64,000 bases of DNA from an uncultured Alphaproteobacteria bacterium (GTDB lineage: Bacteria; Pseudomonadota; Alphaproteobacteria; Rs-D84), in assembly GCA_944389345.1 (NCBI GenBank), contig CALXMA010000001.1, forward strand, positions 1,623 to 65,622. Reading direction: 5' to 3'. Both the position numbers and the translations under genes were made by a program. The notes under the pieces are model-generated. The model was not told the DNA's origin. It searched no databases and worked only from the letters and a program-made list of their open reading frames with translations. This document shows, piece by piece, positions 35,878 to 44,497 of this stretch. Numbering within the stretch: the stretch's first letter is position 1; each line of letters begins with the position of its first letter.

Positions 35878-37530
35878 TTACTGTTTGATTAATGTGCGGG
35901 CCGTGGCCAATGATTCCGGGGTGATTTCGGCGCCACTGATAATTCGGGCAATTTCGTTTATGTGCTCGTCCCCGGATATTTCCGAGACTGTTGTTGTCGT
36001 TGTGTTGCCGTCTGAATTTTTGGAAATTTTGAAATGTTTGTCGGCGTATCCGGCAACCTGGGCCGAATGGGTTATAACCAATGCCTGGGATGTGGCGGAT
36101 AACCGTGCCAGGCGCGATCCAACCGCGGACGCGGTGGCGCCACTGATACCCGTATCGATTTCATCAAATACAAATGTATGCGCGTTATCAGAATCCGCCA
36201 GCACCACACGCATCGCCAACATTAATCGCGATAATTCGCCCCCAGATGCAGATTTGTGCAATGGTGCGAACGGCATACCCGGATTTGTTTTTATCATAAA
36301 CGTGATGTCGTCACAGCCCGTGCGTGACGGTGTGCCGTCGGTTTGTTCAACCATAAAATCGGCCGATGCCAGTTTTAATTCTGGTAATTCTGATAAAATT
36401 TGCGTGCGCAGGTCTGTGCCCGCGCGGGCGCGCAGTTCACTTAATTTTTTGGCCAGGCGCATAAAGTTGGCGCGTGCGGTTTCGGTGGCGTTTTGTAATT
36501 TATGTAATTCCGCATCCGAATTTTCAATTGCATTCAACTGGGCCGACATTTGTTCCAGTTTCGCAGGTAATTCGTCCGCAGAAACCCGATGCTTGCGCGC
36601 AACCGCACGAATTGCAAACAAACGTTCTTCGACAGATTCCAAATCATCGGTGTCCGTATCAGCGGGGGTTAATTGTTCGGAAATTTCGGATAACCGTTGC
36701 CCTACGTCATACAGTGCATCAATTTGTTCCTGGTACGGGTTGGCATCACCACGGCATCGTTGCAAAATGTGTGCCACAGAAAACACCCGCGAATCTAGTG
36801 ATTCACCATTCGGGCACAATGCGTTTATTGCGTCAGATAATATTTCGGTATTCTTTTCGGCATTCATTAACGTTGCGCGACGTGTGGCCAATTCATCTTC
36901 TTCGCCGATGCGTACGTTTAATGTGCGTAATTCGTTAACATTATGTTCCAAAAAATCACGTTCGTTGGCCGATTTTTCCAACATTTCGACCAATTCGTCC
37001 AAACGTCGCCGGGCGGAATTGTATTCTTGGTACGCAATATCAACACTGTTTAATAATTCTTTGTATTCAGGATATTTTTTTATTCCGAATAAATCCAATG
37101 ATTCGCGATGTGTCGTCGGATCCAGCAATGTGTGATTTGCAAATTGGCCATGAATTTCGACCAACATATCGCCGATTTGTTTTAATGTTTTTATTGATAC
37201 AGGCGTGTCGTTTATCCATGCGCGACTTTTCCCGTCGTTCGATAACGTTCGGCGCAATATCAGTGCATCTTCGAATTCCAGCCCGTTTTCGTCCAATAAT
37301 CTTTTTAATTCATCAGTTATTGTGTCGAATTCCGCGATTACCGTAGATGCGTCGCATCCATGACGCACCAATCCAACATCAGACCGCGCGCCCAGCGCCA
37401 ACGCCAATGCGTCCAGCAATATGCTTTTACCCGCGCCCGTTTCGCCCGTCAGTACATTCAGCCCCGCCCCGAATTCCAGGTTCAGTTTTTCAATCAGTAC
37501 TATGTTAGAAATATACAGGCGTGTTAACAT
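35878..37530 (-). CDS. recN: DNA repair protein RecN
   Basis: MLTRLYISNIVLIEKLNLEF..LNVLTGETGAGKSILLDAL Walker A; SGGELSRLMLA signature; VFDEIDTGISG. Confidence 0.95.
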   Translation of the reverse strand: MLTRLYISNIVLIEKLNLEFGAGLNVLTGETGAGKSILLDALALALGARSDVGLVRHGCDASTVIAEFDTITDELKRLLDENGLEFEDALILRRTLSNDGKSRAWINDTPVSIKTLKQIGDMLVEIHGQFANHTLLDPTTHRESLDLFGIKKYPEYKELLNSVDIAYQEYNSARRRLDELVEMLEKSANERDFLEHNVNELRTLNVRIGEEDELATRRATLMNAEKNTEILSDAINALCPNGESLDSRVFSVAHILQRCRGDANPYQEQIDALYDVGQRLSEISEQLTPADTDTDDLESVEERLFAIRAVARKHRVSADELPAKLEQMSAQLNAIENSDAELHKLQNATETARANFMRLAKKLSELRARAGTDLRTQILSELPELKLASADFMVEQTDGTPSRTGCDDITFMIKTNPGMPFAPLHKSASGGELSRLMLAMRVVLADSDNAHTFVFDEIDTGISGATASAVGSRLARLSATSQALVITHSAQVAGYADKHFKISKNSDGNTTTTTVSEISGDEHINEIARIISGAEITPESLATARTLIKQ

Positions 37531-37571
37531 GGTTGCATTATAACCCGCGATACAATGGGTTTTCAAGATTT

Positions 37572-38027
37572 TTATACGGCGACTTCGTCCAGTGTCCAAT
37601 CGTGCAACCACAGTAAAAATCCGCGGATTTTGTACGATGGGTATATTTCGCGCAACAGTGTCGCGTATTCTGATATTTGCGCCACATATTTGTCATAAAA
37701 CGTCGAATGGTTTATGTCAGTCTTGTAATCCAGCACGTATACAGTATGGGTGTCATCGTCCACCCGCATACGGTCTATGCGACGACTGATAAATTTCCCC
37801 GCAATGATTCCGGCGATTGGAACCTCGGTCTGGGAGTCTTGGGTAAAGAATTTTTCCAATTCTGGGTGCGCACGTATTTGTGTAATCAGTTCTGAATCGC
37901 CCGTTGTGGCCGTGCCATCAATACGAATTTGTGCCATTTTTTTATGTGTCGCACGCCCGGACGCGGTTGCGAATTCTTGGGCGTCCATGGACGACATTAA
38001 ATCATGCAATTTTATATCATTCGTCAT
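37572..38027 (-). CDS. addA: PD-(D/E)XK nuclease domain protein, corresponding to the AddA C-terminal nuclease module encoded separately
   Basis: GRATHKKMAQI...RRIDRMRVDDDTHTVYVLDYKTD; the ATG at 38027 overlaps the helicase ORF stop (ATGACGAATGA) and has AGGA 9 nt upstream. Confidence 0.65.
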   Translation of the reverse strand: MTNDIKLHDLMSSMDAQEFATASGRATHKKMAQIRIDGTATTGDSELITQIRAHPELEKFFTQDSQTEVPIAGIIAGKFISRRIDRMRVDDDTHTVYVLDYKTDINHSTFYDKYVAQISEYATLLREIYPSYKIRGFLLWLHDWTLDEVAV

Positions 38028-40683
38028 ATTGTTCAATCCTGATGTAATCATCTGAATGTGTTGCGGTCGGTACGGACGCCAGAACACGCCACAGTTGGGC
38101 AAACCAGGATTTATCCGGGGCGTGCGTTGCGTTAGAAACCGTGCCGTATATATACAGGCGCGAAATTGCGCGCGTCATCGCAACGTATAACAATCGGTAA
38201 TATTCTGCGATTTTTTCGCGGTCATGTTGGGCTTCGGCGATTGCGCGTTTTTCGCAACCGTCCGATGTCTTGGATACAGATGTCCAAATCCACGGTGTTG
38301 GGAAATTGCGAAATTCCGCCGGGATTTCCGCGGGCGTAATTTGAAACAAACTGTCCGGTTTGGGCATACGCGTTGTGTCGACAAGAAAGACTATTTTTGC
38401 CTCTAACCCCTTGGCGCCATGTACGGACATTATACGAACGCCCGACGCAGTGTCCATATCGCGCTTTATTTCGCTGTTTCCGGTGATGAACCATTTTAAG
38501 AAATGATACAGTGTACCGGTTTGTGTACGTTCGTATGACAGGCATATTGTTAAAAATTCTTCCAGTGGGTCAACAACCTGGTCGCCCAGTGCGGAAACTA
38601 TACTTTCGCGGGTGTTGTTCGTGTTCAAAACGTTTGTAAAAAATGAATATGGCGACAATGTTTTTGACCATTCCAAGATTTGTTCCAGGCGCGCATACAC
38701 ATCCGGGAACGTGTCTTGTAAAACCGCGAATACAGTTGTTGGATTGTACGTTTTTGATTCGCGCGATTTGCGCAAATTATCGTCATTTCTGATTTTGCAT
38801 ATTTCAAAAATGTCGTGTTCTTTCAATCTGAAAATCGGACTTTTTAACACACAGCATAAACTGTAATCATTTCCAGTATCCAGACAAAAACGCACCAAGT
38901 GCAACATATCACGAATTGCCGGAAAAGATGGTAATTTTATCCGGTCATTGCCGGCGACATCAATGTTGCGACGCTTTAATTCTTTAATCAACAGCGACGT
39001 ATATGGTTCGCGACGCTGTACCAGTACCATGATGTCGTGTGGTTGATATTTCCCATCCGCCAACAATGTTTCTATGTTGTTTGCGATAGATTGTATATAT
39101 TTTGACCGAGTATTGCCAGCCTGGTTGTCTGTAATGTGCAGATTATGGATTTCAACCAAAGCATCTTGGTCTTCTAAAAAAGACCGGTGCGTATTGTTCA
39201 CAAATCCAATATCGTTCTTTATAAAATCGTCATTAAAGAAACGGTCCACGGTTTTCAGTATTAATGGCACAGAACGAAAACTTTGACTGAGTGGAACGTC
39301 GGCGAATTCCCGGTTGTTTTGTTGAATTGCCCGGGAAATGTCGGCGCGACTGGATTCAAATGCGCGCGGATCGGCGCCTTGGAACCCGTAAATAGACTGT
39401 TTTGTATCGCCGACAACGAACCAAGAATGCGGGTCTTGGGCTGTGTCGCCTTCGGCGAAGAAATCGTCCACAATCAAGCGCATTATGTCCCATTGTTCGG
39501 GGCTGTTGTCTTGCGCTTCGTCCACCAAAATATGACCCAATTTAACGTTTAATTGCGACAAAACCCATCCCATTGTTTGGGAATCTGAAAATAATTGATG
39601 GGTGCGCAGTATTAAATCATCATAGTCCAGTAATTTGCGCGCATGTTTCATATCGTTATAAACACCGGCGAATGCGGACAAGATATCATACAGTGCCATT
39701 GTGTCGTCAAACAGGTCTTGATTTAATTCGTGTTGTGTTAATTTATACAGCCTGTCTTGTTCGGCCAATAATTCTGGAACGCCCGTTTTAGATACTTTGG
39801 CCATTTTTGTAAAAGTGGTGGTCAAAAATAATCCGCGCCATTTTTTGAAATCCATCGGCGTATCAATGTATTGGGTGGCATAATTAATAATATCTTTTAA
39901 GTACGTTGCCGATGATTTTTTGGATTTTTGATATTCTTGGGCCGCATGGGCGATTTTTTTCAATTCTGATGCCGAAATTTCGGTCTGTATTGGTGTATTT
40001 AATTCCAAAAAATTCTTAATCGTATCAATAAAGTATTCGCGATATTTAACATTTGATGTTATGTAAAAAAAGTCCGTATGTTTATTTTGTAATATCGCCA
40101 ACAGTTTATCCAGTTTACCTTCGGATATTCGGCCGACAATATGTTCAAATGCGTTATACGTTTTTGCGTCCGCAGGACTGTTGACCAGTTTTGCAAATGC
40201 ATTTTGTAATAATTCCCCCTGGGTTTCGTCGGACATTAATGTCCAAGACGGGGATATGCCGGCCTCCAATGGAAAACGACGCAAAATTTCTTCGCAGAAA
40301 CTGTGTATCGTTTTTATTTTTAACAGTTCTGGGTTATCAATATATGTAAAAAACACGTTTCGCGCGTGCATAATATCCGCATCGCGCACGGGCAATTCAC
40401 GCACCACATTTTCCAACATTTCACGCAGAACGTCATCTGGGGCGGTTGCCCATTCGGACAAACGCTTTAATATTCTGGTACGCATTTCGCCGGCCGCGGC
40501 CTTGGTATACGTCAGGCACAAAATTCCGCAATCGTTCAATGATTTTGCGCGGAATAATATACGCAATAAACGTTGTACCAACACGAATGTTTTTCCCGTG
40601 CCGGCATTCGCCTGGACCCAGACGTTTATTTCGGGGTTTGATGCCCTGTTCTGTTCGGGCGAAAGTTCGATTTTTTTATCCAT
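38017..40683 (-). CDS. addA: AddA-type UvrD/Rep-family helicase (helicase portion, 888 aa)
   Basis: EQNRASNPEINVWVQANAGTGKTFVLVQRLLRIL, CLTYTKAAAGEM, ILVDEAQDNSP, VGDTKQSIYGFQGA, VHGAKGLEA, LYVAMTRA. Confidence 0.85.
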   Translation of the reverse strand: MDKKIELSPEQNRASNPEINVWVQANAGTGKTFVLVQRLLRILFRAKSLNDCGILCLTYTKAAAGEMRTRILKRLSEWATAPDDVLREMLENVVRELPVRDADIMHARNVFFTYIDNPELLKIKTIHSFCEEILRRFPLEAGISPSWTLMSDETQGELLQNAFAKLVNSPADAKTYNAFEHIVGRISEGKLDKLLAILQNKHTDFFYITSNVKYREYFIDTIKNFLELNTPIQTEISASELKKIAHAAQEYQKSKKSSATYLKDIINYATQYIDTPMDFKKWRGLFLTTTFTKMAKVSKTGVPELLAEQDRLYKLTQHELNQDLFDDTMALYDILSAFAGVYNDMKHARKLLDYDDLILRTHQLFSDSQTMGWVLSQLNVKLGHILVDEAQDNSPEQWDIMRLIVDDFFAEGDTAQDPHSWFVVGDTKQSIYGFQGADPRAFESSRADISRAIQQNNREFADVPLSQSFRSVPLILKTVDRFFNDDFIKNDIGFVNNTHRSFLEDQDALVEIHNLHITDNQAGNTRSKYIQSIANNIETLLADGKYQPHDIMVLVQRREPYTSLLIKELKRRNIDVAGNDRIKLPSFPAIRDMLHLVRFCLDTGNDYSLCCVLKSPIFRLKEHDIFEICKIRNDDNLRKSRESKTYNPTTVFAVLQDTFPDVYARLEQILEWSKTLSPYSFFTNVLNTNNTRESIVSALGDQVVDPLEEFLTICLSYERTQTGTLYHFLKWFITGNSEIKRDMDTASGVRIMSVHGAKGLEAKIVFLVDTTRMPKPDSLFQITPAEIPAEFRNFPTPWIWTSVSKTSDGCEKRAIAEAQHDREKIAEYYRLLYVAMTRAISRLYIYGTVSNATHAPDKSWFAQLWRVLASVPTATHSDDYIRIEQYDE

Positions 40684-40829
40684 TATGGCCTTGCTTTATT
40701 TTGTGGATTCTAGTATAAATTTCTTGGAACTGCAAGGATATATAAATTGCGGTCGTGTCGTTATGTGGTTGTGTTCCAACATGACGCGCGGTATTATGCA
40801 ATGTGCGTAAATAAAATCGGGGGAGTATT

Positions 40830-42755
40830 ATGGATTTCGGACAATTTTACATAATTTTGGTTTCGGTACTGGGCGGTTTGTTGGTGATTGCGTTGGGGGT
40901 ATTGTTTTTCGTTTCACGTCGGTCCCAAAAAGTTATGCAATCTGTGTTGGAAATTATGACCAGACCAGAACGCGCCCGTGTCCAGGACGCCGTACGCGTA
41001 TTGAATTCTATTTTGGCCGATGAAATTATAAAACTGGAATCCAGTTTCCAGGTAATTCGTGATGAACTGAATGGACAGATTGCCGTTGCCAAAGAATTAA
41101 ATCAGCAATTGGCCGAACAAAATAACCGATTGGTCGAAACGGCAGACGATGCCACAAAAAAGATTGCGGTGATGGCGCAACGATTGGATAATACGGTTGG
41201 CGATTTGACCGGCGTCGTGCAATCTGGGGGGTGGCAAGACATCGGCGTTATAACCGAAAGATTTAGTACAACAGTCAACGAGTTGTTGGCAAAAATTGAT
41301 ACAACGTCCCAAGAAACAACCGAACGCGTCGCCACGATACAGAATAATATAGATCAATGGATTTTGGCCGGCGATACATTGAATCAAAAGTTAACATCGG
41401 ACTTTGATTCCAGCGTTGAACAAATGAAAAATTTGAATACGGAATGCGAATCTATGCAACAGAAACTGGAAAGTCTGTCGACGTCTGTGGCAAATGGTTT
41501 TGAAAATGTTAAAACATCTGCACAAAATTATGAAGACGTAATGGACAATACCAACAAGGCGTTGGACGAACATTTGGTCAAAATGGATACGTTTGGAAAA
41601 CAGGCCAAGAAATCTTTGACCGGACAAATGAATACACTGGTCAATACGGCGAACGTTGTTGCCGGCCAGGTTCGGTTGTCTGAAACGTCCATAGATGCCC
41701 AGGTACGTAAATTAACCGGGGTTGTTGATACATTAAGTGCGACCGCCACAAATACGGAAAATTCTGTGCGCAGTGTGTCCAAAGAATTAAATGACCTGTC
41801 TAATTTCTTTGATAAAAACATCAAGGAATTTTCGTCTGATGTTGTCGGTGAATTAAAGACTGTGTCGGGTGTTGCGAATTCTACGTTGGAAAACACCAGA
41901 AGTGCCGCGAATGCGTTTTCTGAATCGGTCAAGGCAATGGCAACCGGCGTGCGCGAAACGTTAATAGAAATGAATACCGCGCATACACAATTGTCGGGCC
42001 AGTCGGCCAATCTGATAAAAATGTCCGCAGAAACAACCGCACAGTTGCAACCGTTGTCCGAATTAATTGAAAAATACTATTCTGCATTGCCGGGATTGGC
42101 GCGCGATTCCGTATCAACCGGTGATAATTTGCAAAAAATTGTGTCGGGGTTGAATGAAAAAATTGCGCTGATGAACCAGACCGTTGCGGATTCTACGACA
42201 ACCATCGCGGAATCGGCCGTAAAATTAGAAGATTTGGCCGGCCAATCACGTCAACAAATGATAGATTTGATGTCTGATTATACCAAGGCTGTGAACACCA
42301 TGCAGACATTGAACAAGCAAATGATGGTCGCACGCGCAACCGCACCAATGGACGCAATCAGTACCGCCCCAACCCCAATGTATGGCCGTGTCAGCAGTCA
42401 AGATTTCTTGAAACAAAGTGAACGGTTGTTCGAAAAAATGCACGAACAAACATTGGATTTGACGCGTTCCGCGGGCGCGGACATTCCCGATGTCGTTTGG
42501 AAAAAATATCATGCGGGGGATAAAGCCGTGTTTTCTAAATGGTTTGCCAAGGTAATTGGGGCCGCCGATAAAAAGCAAATTCGTGAAATGTTAAAATCTG
42601 ATACGGTGTTCCATTCCCAGGCAACGCAATTCGTACGCAGTTTTGATAAAATATTGGCGTCCGCAAAACAGGCCGACGGCACGGATAAACTGGCCAATAC
42701 ACTGTTAAAGACCGACCTGGGACAGATTTATGTCGCATTAAAGGGACACGCGTAA
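40830..42755 (+). CDS. membrane-anchored long coiled-coil protein
   Basis: GGGGGAG RBS; TM ILVSVLGGLLVIALGVLFFV; about 450 aa of heptad-like Q/E/L/T-rich sequence; globular C-terminus (DVVWKKYHAGDKAVFSKWFAK). Confidence 0.7.
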   Translation: MDFGQFYIILVSVLGGLLVIALGVLFFVSRRSQKVMQSVLEIMTRPERARVQDAVRVLNSILADEIIKLESSFQVIRDELNGQIAVAKELNQQLAEQNNRLVETADDATKKIAVMAQRLDNTVGDLTGVVQSGGWQDIGVITERFSTTVNELLAKIDTTSQETTERVATIQNNIDQWILAGDTLNQKLTSDFDSSVEQMKNLNTECESMQQKLESLSTSVANGFENVKTSAQNYEDVMDNTNKALDEHLVKMDTFGKQAKKSLTGQMNTLVNTANVVAGQVRLSETSIDAQVRKLTGVVDTLSATATNTENSVRSVSKELNDLSNFFDKNIKEFSSDVVGELKTVSGVANSTLENTRSAANAFSESVKAMATGVRETLIEMNTAHTQLSGQSANLIKMSAETTAQLQPLSELIEKYYSALPGLARDSVSTGDNLQKIVSGLNEKIALMNQTVADSTTTIAESAVKLEDLAGQSRQQMIDLMSDYTKAVNTMQTLNKQMMVARATAPMDAISTAPTPMYGRVSSQDFLKQSERLFEKMHEQTLDLTRSAGADIPDVVWKKYHAGDKAVFSKWFAKVIGAADKKQIREMLKSDTVFHSQATQFVRSFDKILASAKQADGTDKLANTLLKTDLGQIYVALKGHA

Positions 42756-42789
42756 AAAATAACCGCTTGTATTCGCGGGGTATGTTAGA

Positions 42790-43016
42790 TATAATTTCGT
42801 TGTTGACGGGTGTTCCGTCAATGAGGCCTCAAGAACCTCTGCCTTAGCGTCGGCGTAATCTTTGCGCAGACGATAAACATGCTCCTGGACTTAATGGTTC
42901 AGGAGGAGTTGCAAAATACCCAATATGCGACGCAATTCTAAGGATTGTTCTTGACCTCCTGAACCACCACTATGTTGCGGTGGTTTTTTTTACAAAAAAC
43001 TCAGGAGAAAGAACTT
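42790..43016 (+). promoter_or_regulatory. structured 5' leader copy 2 (TATAAT 42790-42795, helices, terminator 42962-42991, RBS 43001-43007)
   Basis: P1 42803-42821, AGCGTCG 42846-42852, A 42882-42887, B 42896-42906, hairpin 42908-42931, CAATTCT-N4-ATTGTT 42933-42949, C 42955-42965. Confidence 0.7.
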
Positions 43017-43280
43017 ATGAAAAAACTTTGTTTGATTTGCGGAATCGCACTGTATTCCGCCAACGCGGGGGCCGCGTGTACAATCACAGACCATCCCGCA
43101 TCATGTGTCCAACAACCAGAATCTTGCAGTGGCGGATACTGTAAAACTGCGTATACGTATTCGGCACCACACAGAACATGCTCGTGCCCGATGAACTATT
43201 GTTGTTCGTGCGAAGAACAGGCAGAGCCCACATGTCGTTGTCCCACAACGGCCGGGGGTCGACCCTGTCCTGTGTGTTAA
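43017..43280 (+). CDS. small secreted protein, extremely Cys-rich (87 aa)
   Basis: Signal peptide MKKLCLICGIALYSANAGA; 13 Cys in the 68-aa mature part, including CSCPMNYCCSCEE and CRCP..CPVC; RBS TCAGGAG. Confidence 0.65.
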   Translation: MKKLCLICGIALYSANAGAACTITDHPASCVQQPESCSGGYCKTAYTYSAPHRTCSCPMNYCCSCEEQAEPTCRCPTTAGGRPCPVC

Positions 43281-43294
43281 AGGGGGGGGCGAAT

Positions 43295-43684
43295 ATGAAT
43301 ATGCATAAATCTGTGTTGGCCACCATGGTCATGGTGGCGGTGTTTGCCGTGGATTCTGTGTTCGCGGCATGTAATCCCGTCGGTACCAGTTGCAGTTCGT
43401 GCACAACGTATCGGTGTAATTCTGGGTATTATGGAACGGCGCGCAGTGCGTCCAGCGGATGTACAAAATGTCCGTCTAATGCGACGTGTGCCGGTGGCAA
43501 CGGGTCAACATTCGTTTGCGCCAAGGGATACTATAAAAGTGGCAGTTCTTGTGCCGATTGCCCGAATAACGGGACAACGTCCAGCACGGGCGCAACATCG
43601 ATATCCAGGTGCTATATCCCCAGCGGAACCACAGGGTCAGATTCCACAGGTACGTTCAAGTATGTTGGAAATTGTTATTACTGA
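43295..43684 (+). CDS. secreted Cys-rich protein, family member 3
   Basis: AGGGGGGG RBS; signal peptide MNMHKSVLATMVMVAVFAVDSVFA; C-terminus CADCPNNGTTSSTGATSISRCYIPSGTTGSDSTGTFKYVGNCYY. Confidence 0.8.
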   Translation: MNMHKSVLATMVMVAVFAVDSVFAACNPVGTSCSSCTTYRCNSGYYGTARSASSGCTKCPSNATCAGGNGSTFVCAKGYYKSGSSCADCPNNGTTSSTGATSISRCYIPSGTTGSDSTGTFKYVGNCYY

Positions 43685-43704
43685 TGCGTGGTTATACATG
43701 TGAT

Positions 43705-43729
43705 GCCGGTCCCATTCCCCCGGACCGGC
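43705..43729. terminator. GC-rich hairpin between convergent genes (no T-run)
   Basis: gccggtcc/ggaccggc 8-bp stem. Confidence 0.4.
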
Positions 43730-43744
43730 GCCACATAAAATACA

Positions 43745-44439
43745 TTATGAAAATCTGGTCCTGGTATTTGCTATCAATTTATCAATAACCGGACGCAGAT
43801 GTGAAAACACTTCGTCGATGTTCATACGTGTGCCATCAGGGCACATTTCGTCCACTATGGTCCATGTCGTGGGATTGGCGTTCGCAATTTGTTTGTATAC
43901 GTTTGACGTATCGTACAGTAATTTGAAATCTGATTCGTGAATGTCTGGATGGCCGTTTTGGTATTGCTTTAACCCCGTATCGCGCATATTGTATGAAATC
44001 TTTGGGTCCAGATATAGGTATATGTTGTGGTCTGGTTTAATAATCCCCAGTTGGTTAAATTCCAGGTCTTCCATAAATTTTATTTTATCCGCCCATTGGT
44101 CACGCGGATATTTTGCAACCGAAAAAGAATTGCTGTATGTATATCTGTCCAGTATTACCCATTTACCGTCCCGCAACCAATTGTTAATCTGGGGCTGGTG
44201 CTGTAATCGGTCCAGGGCGTACGCAACATTGTATATTCCGCCGGTAAATTTCGCGTTGTACCAAATTTGCCGTTCAGATAATCGCGTACCATACGACCAA
44301 AAAACGCGTTGTATTGGGGAAAATCCAATGTTTCCGCCATAATGCCCCGCGAATGCAGGTATTGCATTATTTTCATAACCTGGTTATATTTTCCGGCCTT
44401 GTCGGTGCCTTCGATGGCAAGCATATATCCATTGGACAT
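43745..44439 (-). pseudogene. thymidylate-kinase-like gene interrupted by a frameshift near 44235
   Basis: Frame A: MLAIEGTDKAGK P-loop...FPQY...NGKFGTTRNLPAE. Frame B continues YNVAYALDRLQHQPQINNWLRDGKWVILDRYTYSNS. The two ORF-track pieces (44155..44439 and 43745..44176) are one gene. Confidence 0.7.
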
Positions 44440-44497
44440 TTGTATTTCCCTTTGTTAGTTAAATAAATCCCGCCGTGTGGCGGGAAATATGTTGTTG

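Noticed and set aside
35864-37135. 423-aa plus-strand ORF opposite recN
   Set aside because: The Ser/Ala/Asn-rich translation is nonsense. The opposite strand encodes an unmistakable RecN with Walker and signature motifs.
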